From assembly GCA_024860875.1 (NCBI GenBank), contig JACPSZ010000015.1, forward strand, positions 51,325 to 115,324: a DNA stretch of 64,000 bases. The letters run 5' to 3'. How positions within the stretch are numbered: the stretch's first letter is position 1; every line of letters begins with the position of its first letter. The notes beneath the pieces are model-generated. The model was not told the DNA's origin and searched no databases. It was given only the letters and a program-made list of their open reading frames with translations. Both the position numbers and the translations under genes were made by a program. Below are positions 56,342-64,000 of this stretch, piece by piece. The stretch comes from Nitrososphaerota archaeon (GTDB lineage: Archaea; Thermoproteota; Nitrososphaeria; Nitrososphaerales; UBA57).

Positions 56342-57144
56342 TAACCTTCGATCCTCTGTGTTGGCATCACATCAGCTTCTACAAAACTCAGGTGTAGGGT
56401 CACGCCTGTTAAACGCCTAGCAGAGTTCCAAGCGATGGATCCTCCGTAAGGATTTTCAAAAATTTCGCTCCATTCTTCCCGGGGCTGTATCTCTACCGTC
56501 GTCGAGCATTTCTTAGAATTGTCCAGGTCTTCGGCTGATTTACATCTAATACTTTCAATAGCTCTTCCTTGAAAGGTAATGCCACTCAATAAGATGGTTT
56601 TGCCAAACTCATTCACATACGAGAATTTCATGCGATCAGCTGGAGAAATCACCCAGTCCTTCGAGGTCGCATTAATTCTAATCTTTGGAGAATCCTCAAT
56701 TTCAAATCTTCTTATTGACAGTATCGAGTCTCCATCAATAGTAATGCTCTGCGGCGTCCAGTCAGCAGTTTTCACAACATACTTACCTCCATACAACCCT
56801 ATTTGTGCCAAGCCTCTAGTATCGGTTATAACCTGCAACCCGTGTTCTGATATTTCACCACCTACAACAGCATGGAAACTAACGTTCACTCTTGCAGCAG
56901 GGTATAATCTGATTACCCTATCAGAAGGACTGATAATTGTTGCATTAATGAGCACCAAGCTGTCAGGGAGAGGAGCGGGGAACAAAGGCCTCGGCTCTGG
57001 GAAGTAAGACAAAAGGACAACAACGCCGGCAATCGCAACCACAAAAAGCAATATCTGATATGCGTTGGAACGATGCAATATTTTGGACCAAGTTTGTTTT
57101 ACGTTCGTTGCTTTCTTCCCAAAACAGCTTTGTCGAACAAGCAT
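56341..57144 (-). CDS. Hypothetical N-terminally anchored extracytoplasmic beta-rich protein
   Basis: 267-aa ORF; one TM (YQILLFVVAIAGVVVLLSYF), then a beta-strand-like ectodomain; translationally coupled to the next gene. Confidence 0.5.
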   Translation of the reverse strand: MLVRQSCFGKKATNVKQTWSKILHRSNAYQILLFVVAIAGVVVLLSYFPEPRPLFPAPLPDSLVLINATIISPSDRVIRLYPAARVNVSFHAVVGGEISEHGLQVITDTRGLAQIGLYGGKYVVKTADWTPQSITIDGDSILSIRRFEIEDSPKIRINATSKDWVISPADRMKFSYVNEFGKTILLSGITFQGRAIESIRCKSAEDLDNSKKCSTTVEIQPREEWSEIFENPYGGSIAWNSARRLTGVTLHLSFVEADVMPTQRIEG

Positions 57145-57234
57145 ATCAAGATATTATGGCTCTATCACGACCCTTCAAATAAATTATCTAGATTAGATCA
57201 TCGAGAAAAATATGGGAAGGAGAGGTTTTGGCCT

Positions 57235-57870
57235 CTACTCCACTACAGTGATTTTGCCGGTCATAAAGGGATGCGGTTCACAGAAGTACTCGAATACTCC
57301 AACGTTATTGAATGCGTACTCCCAATCCTGACCAAAGCCCATATCAACCGACTTGAATTTACCAGTCTTCTCCACTACGTTGTGGATACCTGGGTCACCT
57401 CCGCCTAGGCTAGTATCCCTGTGCTGGAAGATGATTTTGGTTCCCTTCTTGACAGTTATGGTACCTCCTGAGAACTCTTGGTCCTTCAATACAACTGTGA
57501 CTGTGCCCGATAAGACCGCTGGTGCTGGAGCTGGAGCTGGTGCTGGCTGAGGTGCAGGGGCAGGTTGAGGTGCTGGTTGAGGAACGGGGGCTGGAGCGGG
57601 GGCAGGCGGTGGTGGAGGTGGAGCCACCGGAGCAGGTGGGGGAGGTGGAGGTGCAACCGGTTGAGGCGGCTGAGGAGCTACGGGTGCCGGGGCTGGTGCA
57701 GGTGCTGGAGGTTGTTCTGGCTTTGGTGCAGACGCTGGTTCTGGCTTCGGAGAGGGTGCTACTTGCTGAGTAGGTGTGCTAGTGACGGCGAAAAGCACTC
57801 CGGCGATACCCACAACAACTATGACAATTACCACCATACCAACTGTCTTTGATAGTGCCCTACGATTCAT
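57235..57870 (-). CDS. Membrane-anchored type-1 (plastocyanin/amicyanin-like) cupredoxin with about 90-residue Pro/Ala stalk
   Basis: 211-aa ORF; N-terminal TM, PAPAPAP.. linker, GIHNVV (His ligand) and FEYFCEPHPFMTG (Cys-x2-His-x2-Met Cu site). Confidence 0.8.
   Translation of the reverse strand: MNRRALSKTVGMVVIVIVVVGIAGVLFAVTSTPTQQVAPSPKPEPASAPKPEQPPAPAPAPAPVAPQPPQPVAPPPPPPAPVAPPPPPPAPAPAPVPQPAPQPAPAPQPAPAPAPAPAVLSGTVTVVLKDQEFSGGTITVKKGTKIIFQHRDTSLGGGDPGIHNVVEKTGKFKSVDMGFGQDWEYAFNNVGVFEYFCEPHPFMTGKITVVE
57514..57780 (-). repeat. Low-complexity Pro/Ala-coding tract (imperfect GCNCCN tandem repeats) inside the cupredoxin gene
   Basis: Plus strand shows reiterated gctggagctggtgctgg / ggtggaggtgga units; in frame with the CDS. 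Confidence 0.7.
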
Positions 57871-57892
57871 GAATGCAGAATCTGCGCTCGCG

Positions 57893-57900
57893 TATATATA
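57893..57900 (-). promoter_or_regulatory. TATATATA box 22 nt upstream of the cupredoxin ATG (leaderless-type promoter)
   Basis: Perfect alternating TA octamer at -30 to -23 relative to the ATG at 57870. Confidence 0.4.
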
Positions 57901-58012
57901 GATTTTCTACATAGTCGCCAATTCTCTTGAAAGTTTGAGATGGAGGTTACGCAGCGAACGCCCCAATCTTTACTTACACGACTATATGCCGACATGAAAA
58001 GTTTAGATTGAT

Positions 58013-58582
58013 CTAGCTCTCCACGTTAGGGATCCATTCGATTTCCATATGAATTTCCAGCTTGTGATTCTCTTTCGCGTAGAGGAATCTGAATGCAGTT
58101 GGTTCAGTTGGGACGATTGACATGTTTCCGTCCGCCGGTAATATTTTTGAGATCTCGATGGATCCCTCCTCTAACCCCCTACTGAGCTGTCTGAGAATGG
58201 CAGCTAATTCTTTTCTGGTGAATCTCCCCTTATGTCGAAATATGGCTTCGTGAGTTTCACGGTACCTCTCAAGCATCTCCATGGCCTTTGTCATGTATGC
58301 CATAGACTCCGATAGGTCGGCTTGACCCTTTTGAGTCAAGGCGTAGAGTATTCTGTCCGGACCTCCCTCACGAAACCCAACGCTACTTGTAAGCAAATTG
58401 TCCTGCTCGAGTTTCTCCAGAGCTGGATAGATGGTACCGGGTTTAGGCTTCCAAAAACCTGAAAACCGTTTTTCTAACTCTCGGATAATTTCATAACCGT
58501 GCATCGGTCTCTCGGAAAGTAGTAGTAGTAGCCACATTGATACTGCTCCAATGCGTTTACCTCTGGGAACGTATCTCGACAT
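58013..58582 (-). CDS. PadR-family transcriptional regulator with C-terminal extension
   Basis: 189-aa ORF; PMHGYEIIRELEKRFSGFWKPKPGTIYPALEKLEQDNLL is the canonical PadR wH. Confidence 0.85.
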   Translation of the reverse strand: MSRYVPRGKRIGAVSMWLLLLLSERPMHGYEIIRELEKRFSGFWKPKPGTIYPALEKLEQDNLLTSSVGFREGGPDRILYALTQKGQADLSESMAYMTKAMEMLERYRETHEAIFRHKGRFTRKELAAILRQLSRGLEEGSIEISKILPADGNMSIVPTEPTAFRFLYAKENHKLEIHMEIEWIPNVES

Positions 58583-58637
58583 GCAGATAAGTTGATGTTA
58601 ACGTATAGTTATGATTTGTTGTTTCCCTGAATCTGCA

Positions 58638-58667
58638 GATAATCTATAGATGTGGATAATCTACATA
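58638..58667. promoter_or_regulatory. Candidate operator: direct repeats GATAATCTA(T/C)A with embedded palindrome ATCTATAGAT upstream of padR
   Basis: GATAATCTATAGA at 58638-58650 and GATAATCTACATA at 58655-58667; near-copy GATTTTCTACATA at 57901-57913 abuts the cupredoxin TATA box. Confidence 0.25.
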
Positions 58668-58887
58668 TCATGCTAGACTACCTCTTGCTCCAGTCTCCGT
58701 ATATGTCGAAGAGTTTGCTTGCATACTGCTTATCATCCATCCAGATAGGATAAGCTTCTCTGGTCTTTGTATGTGCAATGCCGTTGTAGTCTTCCTTTTT
58801 ATCAGAACCGAAGGTTTGCTATTAGCTTGACAATACGTTATTAAACGTAAATTCTACCCGCATTTGCTAGGAACGTGAAGTACATTC

Positions 58888-59826
58888 TTGGTTGAGTCTA
58901 GAATCACTGGCATCTACCCGAGATCAGAAACTCTCATAGAAGCTACCAGAAGGTATGACAAGAAACTTCCAGAACTCTTTGTAAAAGAAAAAAGAAAGAT
59001 CATTGCACATCAGGCAAAGTCTGGGATAACGCACGTATCAGATCCTCTTGTTGACTGGGACGATATGTTGAGGCCATTTACCGAGAACCTTGGCGGTGTA
59101 GAAAGGGGTCCTCTTAACAGGTTCTACGAAAACAACACGTTCTACAGGCAGCCCATAATTAAAGGAGAGCTCAGCAGAAAAGGCCCGATTACAAGGGATA
59201 GAATAGCACTCAAACTATTCCCCAAAGGAAAGAAGTGGAAAGTAGACCTTCCTGATCCATACACCTTTGCCGATCTAAGTGACAACAGGTTCTACAAGAA
59301 GAAGGAGGATATTGTATTTGCATTTGCAGAAGTTCTTGCAGAAGAAGTTAATTGGCTGGCTAAGCAGGGGGTAACATCATTCCAGCTCAATGCGCCCTCT
59401 TTAGCATTAGCAAATGATCCAAACACCATAAAGCAGGCTGGGGAGGCCATCAGGGTAGCCCTCAAAAAGTCATCCGAAAGTGCAGTTCACTTCTACTTTG
59501 GCGACATTTCAAGGAATATTGACAGGTTTTTGGATTACACGGTTGACATGATAGGCATAGACTTCCGCTCTACAAAACTAGAAAGACTCAAAGGGACAAG
59601 CTTCACAAAGAGACTCGGCTGCGGTTATGTAAACGCACAGAACACGAAAATGGAGACTCCAAAAGAGATAGCAGACTTCGTGATAAAGGCTAAGGAGATG
59701 CTTTCCCCAAGATCGATAGCAGTAATGCCGAACTTGGACTTTGAGTTCATCCCACAACCCTTTGCAAGCAGGAAGGTTTCGAACATAGGCAAGGCGTGCA
59801 AGATTCTGGAGGCTGAGAAGATTTGA
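58888..59826 (+). CDS. MetE N-terminal-barrel-like protein (cobalamin-independent methionine synthase family, no Zn ligands)
   Basis: 312-aa ORF (TTG); (beta/alpha)8-like, family resemblance to the next gene but HxC and DC(G) zinc motifs are absent. Confidence 0.6.
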   Translation: MVESRITGIYPRSETLIEATRRYDKKLPELFVKEKRKIIAHQAKSGITHVSDPLVDWDDMLRPFTENLGGVERGPLNRFYENNTFYRQPIIKGELSRKGPITRDRIALKLFPKGKKWKVDLPDPYTFADLSDNRFYKKKEDIVFAFAEVLAEEVNWLAKQGVTSFQLNAPSLALANDPNTIKQAGEAIRVALKKSSESAVHFYFGDISRNIDRFLDYTVDMIGIDFRSTKLERLKGTSFTKRLGCGYVNAQNTKMETPKEIADFVIKAKEMLSPRSIAVMPNLDFEFIPQPFASRKVSNIGKACKILEAEKI

Positions 59827-60845
59827 TCGACAGGCCTCTGTTGATTCAGGAAATAGGTAGCGTAAAGAAACCCGAATGGCTAGTCTCTACTCTCAAGAAT
59901 AAGAATGCAACGGCAGAGCAGAAAGAAAAGGCAAGAGATGATGCTGCTTACCTTAACATACGGATGCTCGAGGATATAGGGCTTGACATTGTGTACGATG
60001 GAGAAGCCAGAAGGGTAGAGATGTACGAATATCCAGCAAAGAACATACACGGCATGGTCTTCTCTGGCAGAGTGCGATCATGGGACAACAGGTACTATAG
60101 GAAAGCAAGAGTTATCGACAAAGTGCAATACATGAAATGCTATCACATAGACGAGCTAAAATTCGTAAAGGATCATGCGAAGAAAATAGTCAAGATTCCC
60201 ATTACAGGCCCTTACACCATGGCAGACTGGTCTTATAACGAATACTATGGCACAAAAGAGGACTTGATCATGGGCTTTGCCAAGCAGGTCATCAGGCCAT
60301 TGGTAAAGGACTTGGTAGCTGCGGGAGCGCAAATAGTGCAGATAGACGAACCAGCAGCAACTACACATCCATCGGAGATGAAAGTTTTCGTTGACGCCTT
60401 CAACGAAGTCGTCAAAGGCATAAATGCCATATTCACGTGCCACATATGCTACTCAGGAAATAATTATGCATCTTTGTTCCCTGTAGCAACAGAAATGAAG
60501 TGCGATCAATTTGCACTTGAATTCGCAAACAGGGATACTTGGGAACTTGGAGTCTCTGATGAAAAGAGAATCGGATACAGCGCCCTGAAGATGTTTAGAG
60601 AATACGGCTCGAAGGCAGGAATAGGTCTTGGCGTTTCAGATGTTCATGTCGATAAAGTGGAAGACCCAAAACTTGTGCGCGACAGGATTCTTTATGCCGT
60701 TAAAGTCCTTGGAGACCCCAAACTTGTCTATACGAATCCCGACTGCGGTCTCAGAACCCGCTCAAGGGAGATCGCATTTGCGAAGCTGCAAGCTATTGCA
60801 GAAGGCACTGTAATGGCACGGAAGCATCTTGGCATACCAGCATAA
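59823..60845 (+). CDS. metE: Cobalamin-independent methionine synthase catalytic domain (MetE C-terminal barrel)
   Basis: 340-aa ORF overlapping the previous stop by 4 nt; IVQIDEPA, CHICYS (His/Cys Zn ligands), ALEFANRD, NPDCGLRTR. Confidence 0.8.
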   Translation: MIDRPLLIQEIGSVKKPEWLVSTLKNKNATAEQKEKARDDAAYLNIRMLEDIGLDIVYDGEARRVEMYEYPAKNIHGMVFSGRVRSWDNRYYRKARVIDKVQYMKCYHIDELKFVKDHAKKIVKIPITGPYTMADWSYNEYYGTKEDLIMGFAKQVIRPLVKDLVAAGAQIVQIDEPAATTHPSEMKVFVDAFNEVVKGINAIFTCHICYSGNNYASLFPVATEMKCDQFALEFANRDTWELGVSDEKRIGYSALKMFREYGSKAGIGLGVSDVHVDKVEDPKLVRDRILYAVKVLGDPKLVYTNPDCGLRTRSREIAFAKLQAIAEGTVMARKHLGIPA

Positions 60846-60934
60846 TTGCGGGAGATCAAAATGCATGAATACTTCAGATGTATGTTTAACGCTTAAATAG
60901 AATCCCCATTCGTGTAAGCTGAAGGGGTAGGCTT

Positions 60935-61678
60935 TTGTCACAGAGTGAAAAGAAGAATGAACCCAAGCCCACTGCATCCTCTACGGCCCCTGTTGCTCCG
61001 AAACCTGCAGCATCGGCTGCGCGTCCATCGCCTGTTCCGAAGCAGCCGCTACCGCGGGTACAGGCATCTGGTCGAAGAAGCTTTTTGAAATTCATGGGAG
61101 CGGTTGGCGGGATACTTGGAATAACCCCGTTCATACCTTTTGGAGCCTTCTTTACCGCAAGTGCTACGACTGGCAAGCAGGAAGCCCAGAAAATACTCCT
61201 ACCAGATGGTTCATTCGCCAATGTCAAGACTTTCCCTCCAGATTCCGCAGTTATCTTCCCATACCCAAGAACAGGTGACGAAAGATTTGATTCTGAACCA
61301 TTCAGGAGGTTTATGCTGATACGACTGGCACCACAAGAGGGAGGAGGCCAGAATGATGCAAGCGCGTTCAGAGCCTACAGCATGGTCTGCGTCCATCTAT
61401 GGTGCCTTTGGGATTACAAGCCGGGAAGACAAGTACAAGATCCCAAGACTGGAAGGACAATAGTGGGCAATATGGAATGTCCGTGCCATGGAAGCAACTA
61501 CAGAGTCACTGACGGTGTTGCAATATATGGGCCCGCTTCGCTTCAAACGCCTCCGAATAACGCACAGCCAATGCTCGACCTTTCAATAGATTCAGAGGGC
61601 TTTGTTGTCGTTAACCCTCCAACATATACAGTTGATAGGAACGGGATAATTGGATATGGCAGAAAAGTCCAAGCCTAG
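60935..61678 (+). CDS. Rieske [2Fe-2S] protein with Tat-type signal (complex III-like)
   Basis: 247-aa ORF (TTG); SGRRSFLKFMGAVGG twin-Arg, CVHLWC ... CPCHGSNY Rieske boxes. Confidence 0.85.
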   Translation: MSQSEKKNEPKPTASSTAPVAPKPAASAARPSPVPKQPLPRVQASGRRSFLKFMGAVGGILGITPFIPFGAFFTASATTGKQEAQKILLPDGSFANVKTFPPDSAVIFPYPRTGDERFDSEPFRRFMLIRLAPQEGGGQNDASAFRAYSMVCVHLWCLWDYKPGRQVQDPKTGRTIVGNMECPCHGSNYRVTDGVAIYGPASLQTPPNNAQPMLDLSIDSEGFVVVNPPTYTVDRNGIIGYGRKVQA

Positions 61679-63068
61679 CTCAAACCTGATAGTAAAACTG
61701 CTACTGTGGATTATTGATAGACTAGAGAGGACCATATTTCTGGGAATAAAAATAACACTTCCGAGGAAGTTCCTCAGTCCTCTAGGTTTTCTCGGCATGC
61801 TGACCTTTGTAGTGTTTGTTATTCTTGGAGTTACGGGGGCAGTGCTGATGCTTTACTATGAGCCTTCAACTGCCAACGCATTTGATGATGTGGAAAACAT
61901 ACAGGAGAACATCCCATATGGTTTCTTGATCAGAAACATACACTACCACGGCTCGAATGCAATGGTCTTCCTCGCAGTTGCACATCTTTACTATCAATAT
62001 TTCAGCGGCAGGTACAAGATCAGAAATGAAATAATTTGGGTTACAGGACTAATTCTCGGCGTAATCACAGTTCTCGAAGCCTTCACGGGTTATGACCTGC
62101 TTTACAACGACAGGGCAGAGCTCGCGGTATCCATAGGGGTTTCACTTACCAATGCTAGTCCAGTCATAGGACCCGTCTTGCAACAGTTTATATGGGGAAG
62201 CGGGTTTTCAGAATTCATTATACGGCTCTACGCCCTCCATGTCTTCGTCATCCCGTTGATGATGACAGTGCTGATGTTATTCCATTTCCCAAGGTTCCTT
62301 GTACTCGACATACCTATCTCAACCGCGGTTGTCGGGGCGATACTTGTAGTAGGAGGCTTGATGCCTGCAGAGCTTGGAGTAAAATTCGATCCCAACTTCC
62401 CTCCTGGCATTACGGTGCCAGAATGGTACCTTACAGGATTGTATGCATTCATTCGAACAGGATACGACAAGTTCTTTACGGGAGGCGTCTTGCCGCTGCT
62501 GCTTATTCTGATGTTCTTGGTAGTTCCGTTCATTGACAGGGGGAGGAAGTTCACTTGGAAGGATAGGCCGTTCTTTACAGCGCTGGGCCTGACAAGCATT
62601 GCACAGATTCTAATAACGACGGTGTGGGGCTTCTATATCGATCCAGATAGCTCAAAGCCAACCGTGCTCAGGCTGTTCATAGAACCCGTGTCATTCTACA
62701 CCTTGTTGATACTCTCAAGCGCGGCAATGTTTGTAGTGACTTATAGCTATATGAGGGCCAAAGCGGCTCTCAACGTAGGAAAAAAGAGGGTAATAACAAG
62801 ACCAAAGCCGATAACTCTCAGCACGCGTTGGACGACAATATCTGTCGTGTTATTAGTGATCTTTGAGATTTACCTTAACATAGCGGCGTACATGTCATAC
62901 AATGCCAAACTGTGGAACCTTACACTTTTCGAGATAGGCGCAGCCTTCATGGTCTTTGCGGTTCTGTTTCATATAGTCAGAGCATACCAGCCTCCTATGA
63001 CTCCAATTACGACAGCAGTGGCAGCCAAACCTCCAGGAGCTCCAGCAGTCAGAGCAGCAGAAAAGTGA
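61650..63068 (+). CDS. Cytochrome b (b/b6 plus subunit-IV-like fusion)
   Basis: 472-aa polytopic ORF; IRNIHYHGSNAMVFLAVAHL and ALHVFVIPLMM (haem His pairs), PEWY motif; overlaps the Rieske 3' end by 29 nt (or ATG at 61656). Confidence 0.85.
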   Translation: MDMAEKSKPSSNLIVKLLLWIIDRLERTIFLGIKITLPRKFLSPLGFLGMLTFVVFVILGVTGAVLMLYYEPSTANAFDDVENIQENIPYGFLIRNIHYHGSNAMVFLAVAHLYYQYFSGRYKIRNEIIWVTGLILGVITVLEAFTGYDLLYNDRAELAVSIGVSLTNASPVIGPVLQQFIWGSGFSEFIIRLYALHVFVIPLMMTVLMLFHFPRFLVLDIPISTAVVGAILVVGGLMPAELGVKFDPNFPPGITVPEWYLTGLYAFIRTGYDKFFTGGVLPLLLILMFLVVPFIDRGRKFTWKDRPFFTALGLTSIAQILITTVWGFYIDPDSSKPTVLRLFIEPVSFYTLLILSSAAMFVVTYSYMRAKAALNVGKKRVITRPKPITLSTRWTTISVVLLVIFEIYLNIAAYMSYNAKLWNLTLFEIGAAFMVFAVLFHIVRAYQPPMTPITTAVAAKPPGAPAVRAAEK

Positions 63069-63074
63069 GACCTT

Positions 63075-63548
63075 ATGAAGAATGAGCGAAGAATGGGCAT
63101 ATCGTTAGCAGGACCACTGCTAGCAGTGCTGATATTTGCATCGATAGGTGTTTTCTCGTATATGCAATTCATCTACCTGCCCACCATAACAGCGGAAGAA
63201 GCAGTTCCTGAAAACATAGCAAATCCGGCTGAAGGCGTTACAGTTGATATCGTAAAAGGAGCGTACAACATACAGCAGGCAGATAGCTATGTGCCCAAGG
63301 AAGTTACAGTCGTGCTGGGCAAGAACAACAAAGTTCTCTGGAAGAATATAGATGAAGTCGCCCATACAGTCACTGCTGATTCTGGGCAATCGGGAAAATT
63401 CACGCAAGAAGCCTCTAGGAGTAGGTTCCTACAGGCTGGCGAAAACTGGGAGTTCGTCTTCACAAAGGAAGGCACATACAAATACCATTGCGAACCCCAT
63501 CCATGGATGACGGGCACAGTAATAGTGCAGCCTGAAGTCGGAGCTTAA
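63075..63548 (+). CDS. Plastocyanin-like blue copper protein (N-terminal anchor)
   Basis: 157-aa ORF; VAHTVT (His ligand), YKYHCEPHPWMTG Cu site. Confidence 0.85.
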   Translation: MKNERRMGISLAGPLLAVLIFASIGVFSYMQFIYLPTITAEEAVPENIANPAEGVTVDIVKGAYNIQQADSYVPKEVTVVLGKNNKVLWKNIDEVAHTVTADSGQSGKFTQEASRSRFLQAGENWEFVFTKEGTYKYHCEPHPWMTGTVIVQPEVGA

Positions 63549-64000
63549 GCAGCAAACTTAGCCCTTGCAAGAAGCTTAGCAACCCTAACGGGCTCTGGTA
63601 TAGCACCCTGAAGAGTGTACTTGTCCAGAGTCCTCTTGGCTTCTTTTTGGGTCATGCCAGTAGCTCTTACAAACACAGTATAACCAGTATGAAGCTTGAC
63701 ACTCTTCCTTTCTCCTATCTTTTTGTAAGCTTTTAGCTTTGACCTCCAATCTTTTGGAAATCTACGTTTAATGTGTGACTCCAAGCCCTTAGATTCTTCA
63801 AACGTAATGTTAAGCACGGGAACCTTCGTTTCTTTGTAAATCCTATCGGAATCTATGATGTTGTATAATGCAATAACTGAACCCGCTATCATTACGACGT
63901 TGATGTCGTTCCTTTTCAAAGATTTGCACATTGAGAGTATGCTTTCTGTTGCGTCGTCTCCTTCAAGAGTCGCATACCCGTAGATACATCCATCTATTAC
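63545..64000 (-). CDS. DUF99/UPF0215 family protein (endonuclease-like), 5' end beyond the window
   Basis: Track ORF 63545-63931; the frame stays open to the window edge (..VIDGCIYGYATLEGDDATESILSMCKSL..); family assignment from memory. Confidence 0.55.
   Translation of the reverse strand, partial: VIDGCIYGYATLEGDDATESILSMCKSLKRNDINVVMIAGSVIALYNIIDSDRIYKETKVPVLNITFEESKGLESHIKRRFPKDWRSKLKAYKKIGERKSVKLHTGYTVFVRATGMTQKEAKRTLDKYTLQGAIPEPVRVAKLLARAKFAA

Noticed and set aside
57353-57852. GC-rich reiterated gctggagctggtgctgg units, and plus-strand ORFs of 65-95 aa; considered as a tandem repeat, CRISPR-like array or independent genes
   Set aside because: The units are irregular and have no spacer/repeat periodicity. 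They are in frame with the minus-strand cupredoxin, where they encode its Pro/Ala stalk. The plus-strand ORFs are the Gly/Ala/Trp/Arg mirror frames.

Overview
This looks like a chromosomal segment of an archaeon, most likely an ammonia-oxidiser-type thaumarchaeon (Nitrososphaeria-like). All calls come from reading the supplied translations and the DNA by eye; no searches or computations were run.

Lineage markers:
- a eukaryote-type topoisomerase IB
- a Rieske / cytochrome b / plastocyanin operon, plus two further membrane-anchored cupredoxins
- the archaeal pantoate kinase / phosphopantothenate synthetase CoA genes
- Kae1 + Bud32, S8e, SRP19, Nep1, Trm1, a TFE-beta/RPC34-like factor, SMC-ScpA-ScpB, Cdc48 and family-X DNA polymerase

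Content: about 70 credible protein genes, 2 tRNAs (Pro-TGG, and Thr-TGT with a 19-nt non-canonical intron) and one multiply disrupted CDF-transporter pseudogene. I saw no rRNA, CRISPR array, transposase or integrase. Most of the window is housekeeping.

Accessory-looking parts:
- 11.0-14.3 kb: an orphan MutS-family ATPase and a tiny Zn-ribbon ORF, set in ORF-poor DNA abutting tRNA-Pro.
- 52.1-58.6 kb: about 1 kb of gene-poor DNA, the decaying CDF gene, and a PadR-headed cluster of a stalked type-1 cupredoxin plus three unrecognisable membrane proteins with a shared upstream motif. This cluster is my best candidate for an undescribed system.

Unexpected translational signal: the conserved N-termini of both SMC (Walker A) and ScpA lie upstream of any ATG/GTG/TTG in their frames. 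Each has a CTG preceded by a Shine-Dalgarno-like GGAGTG/GAGGTG motif.
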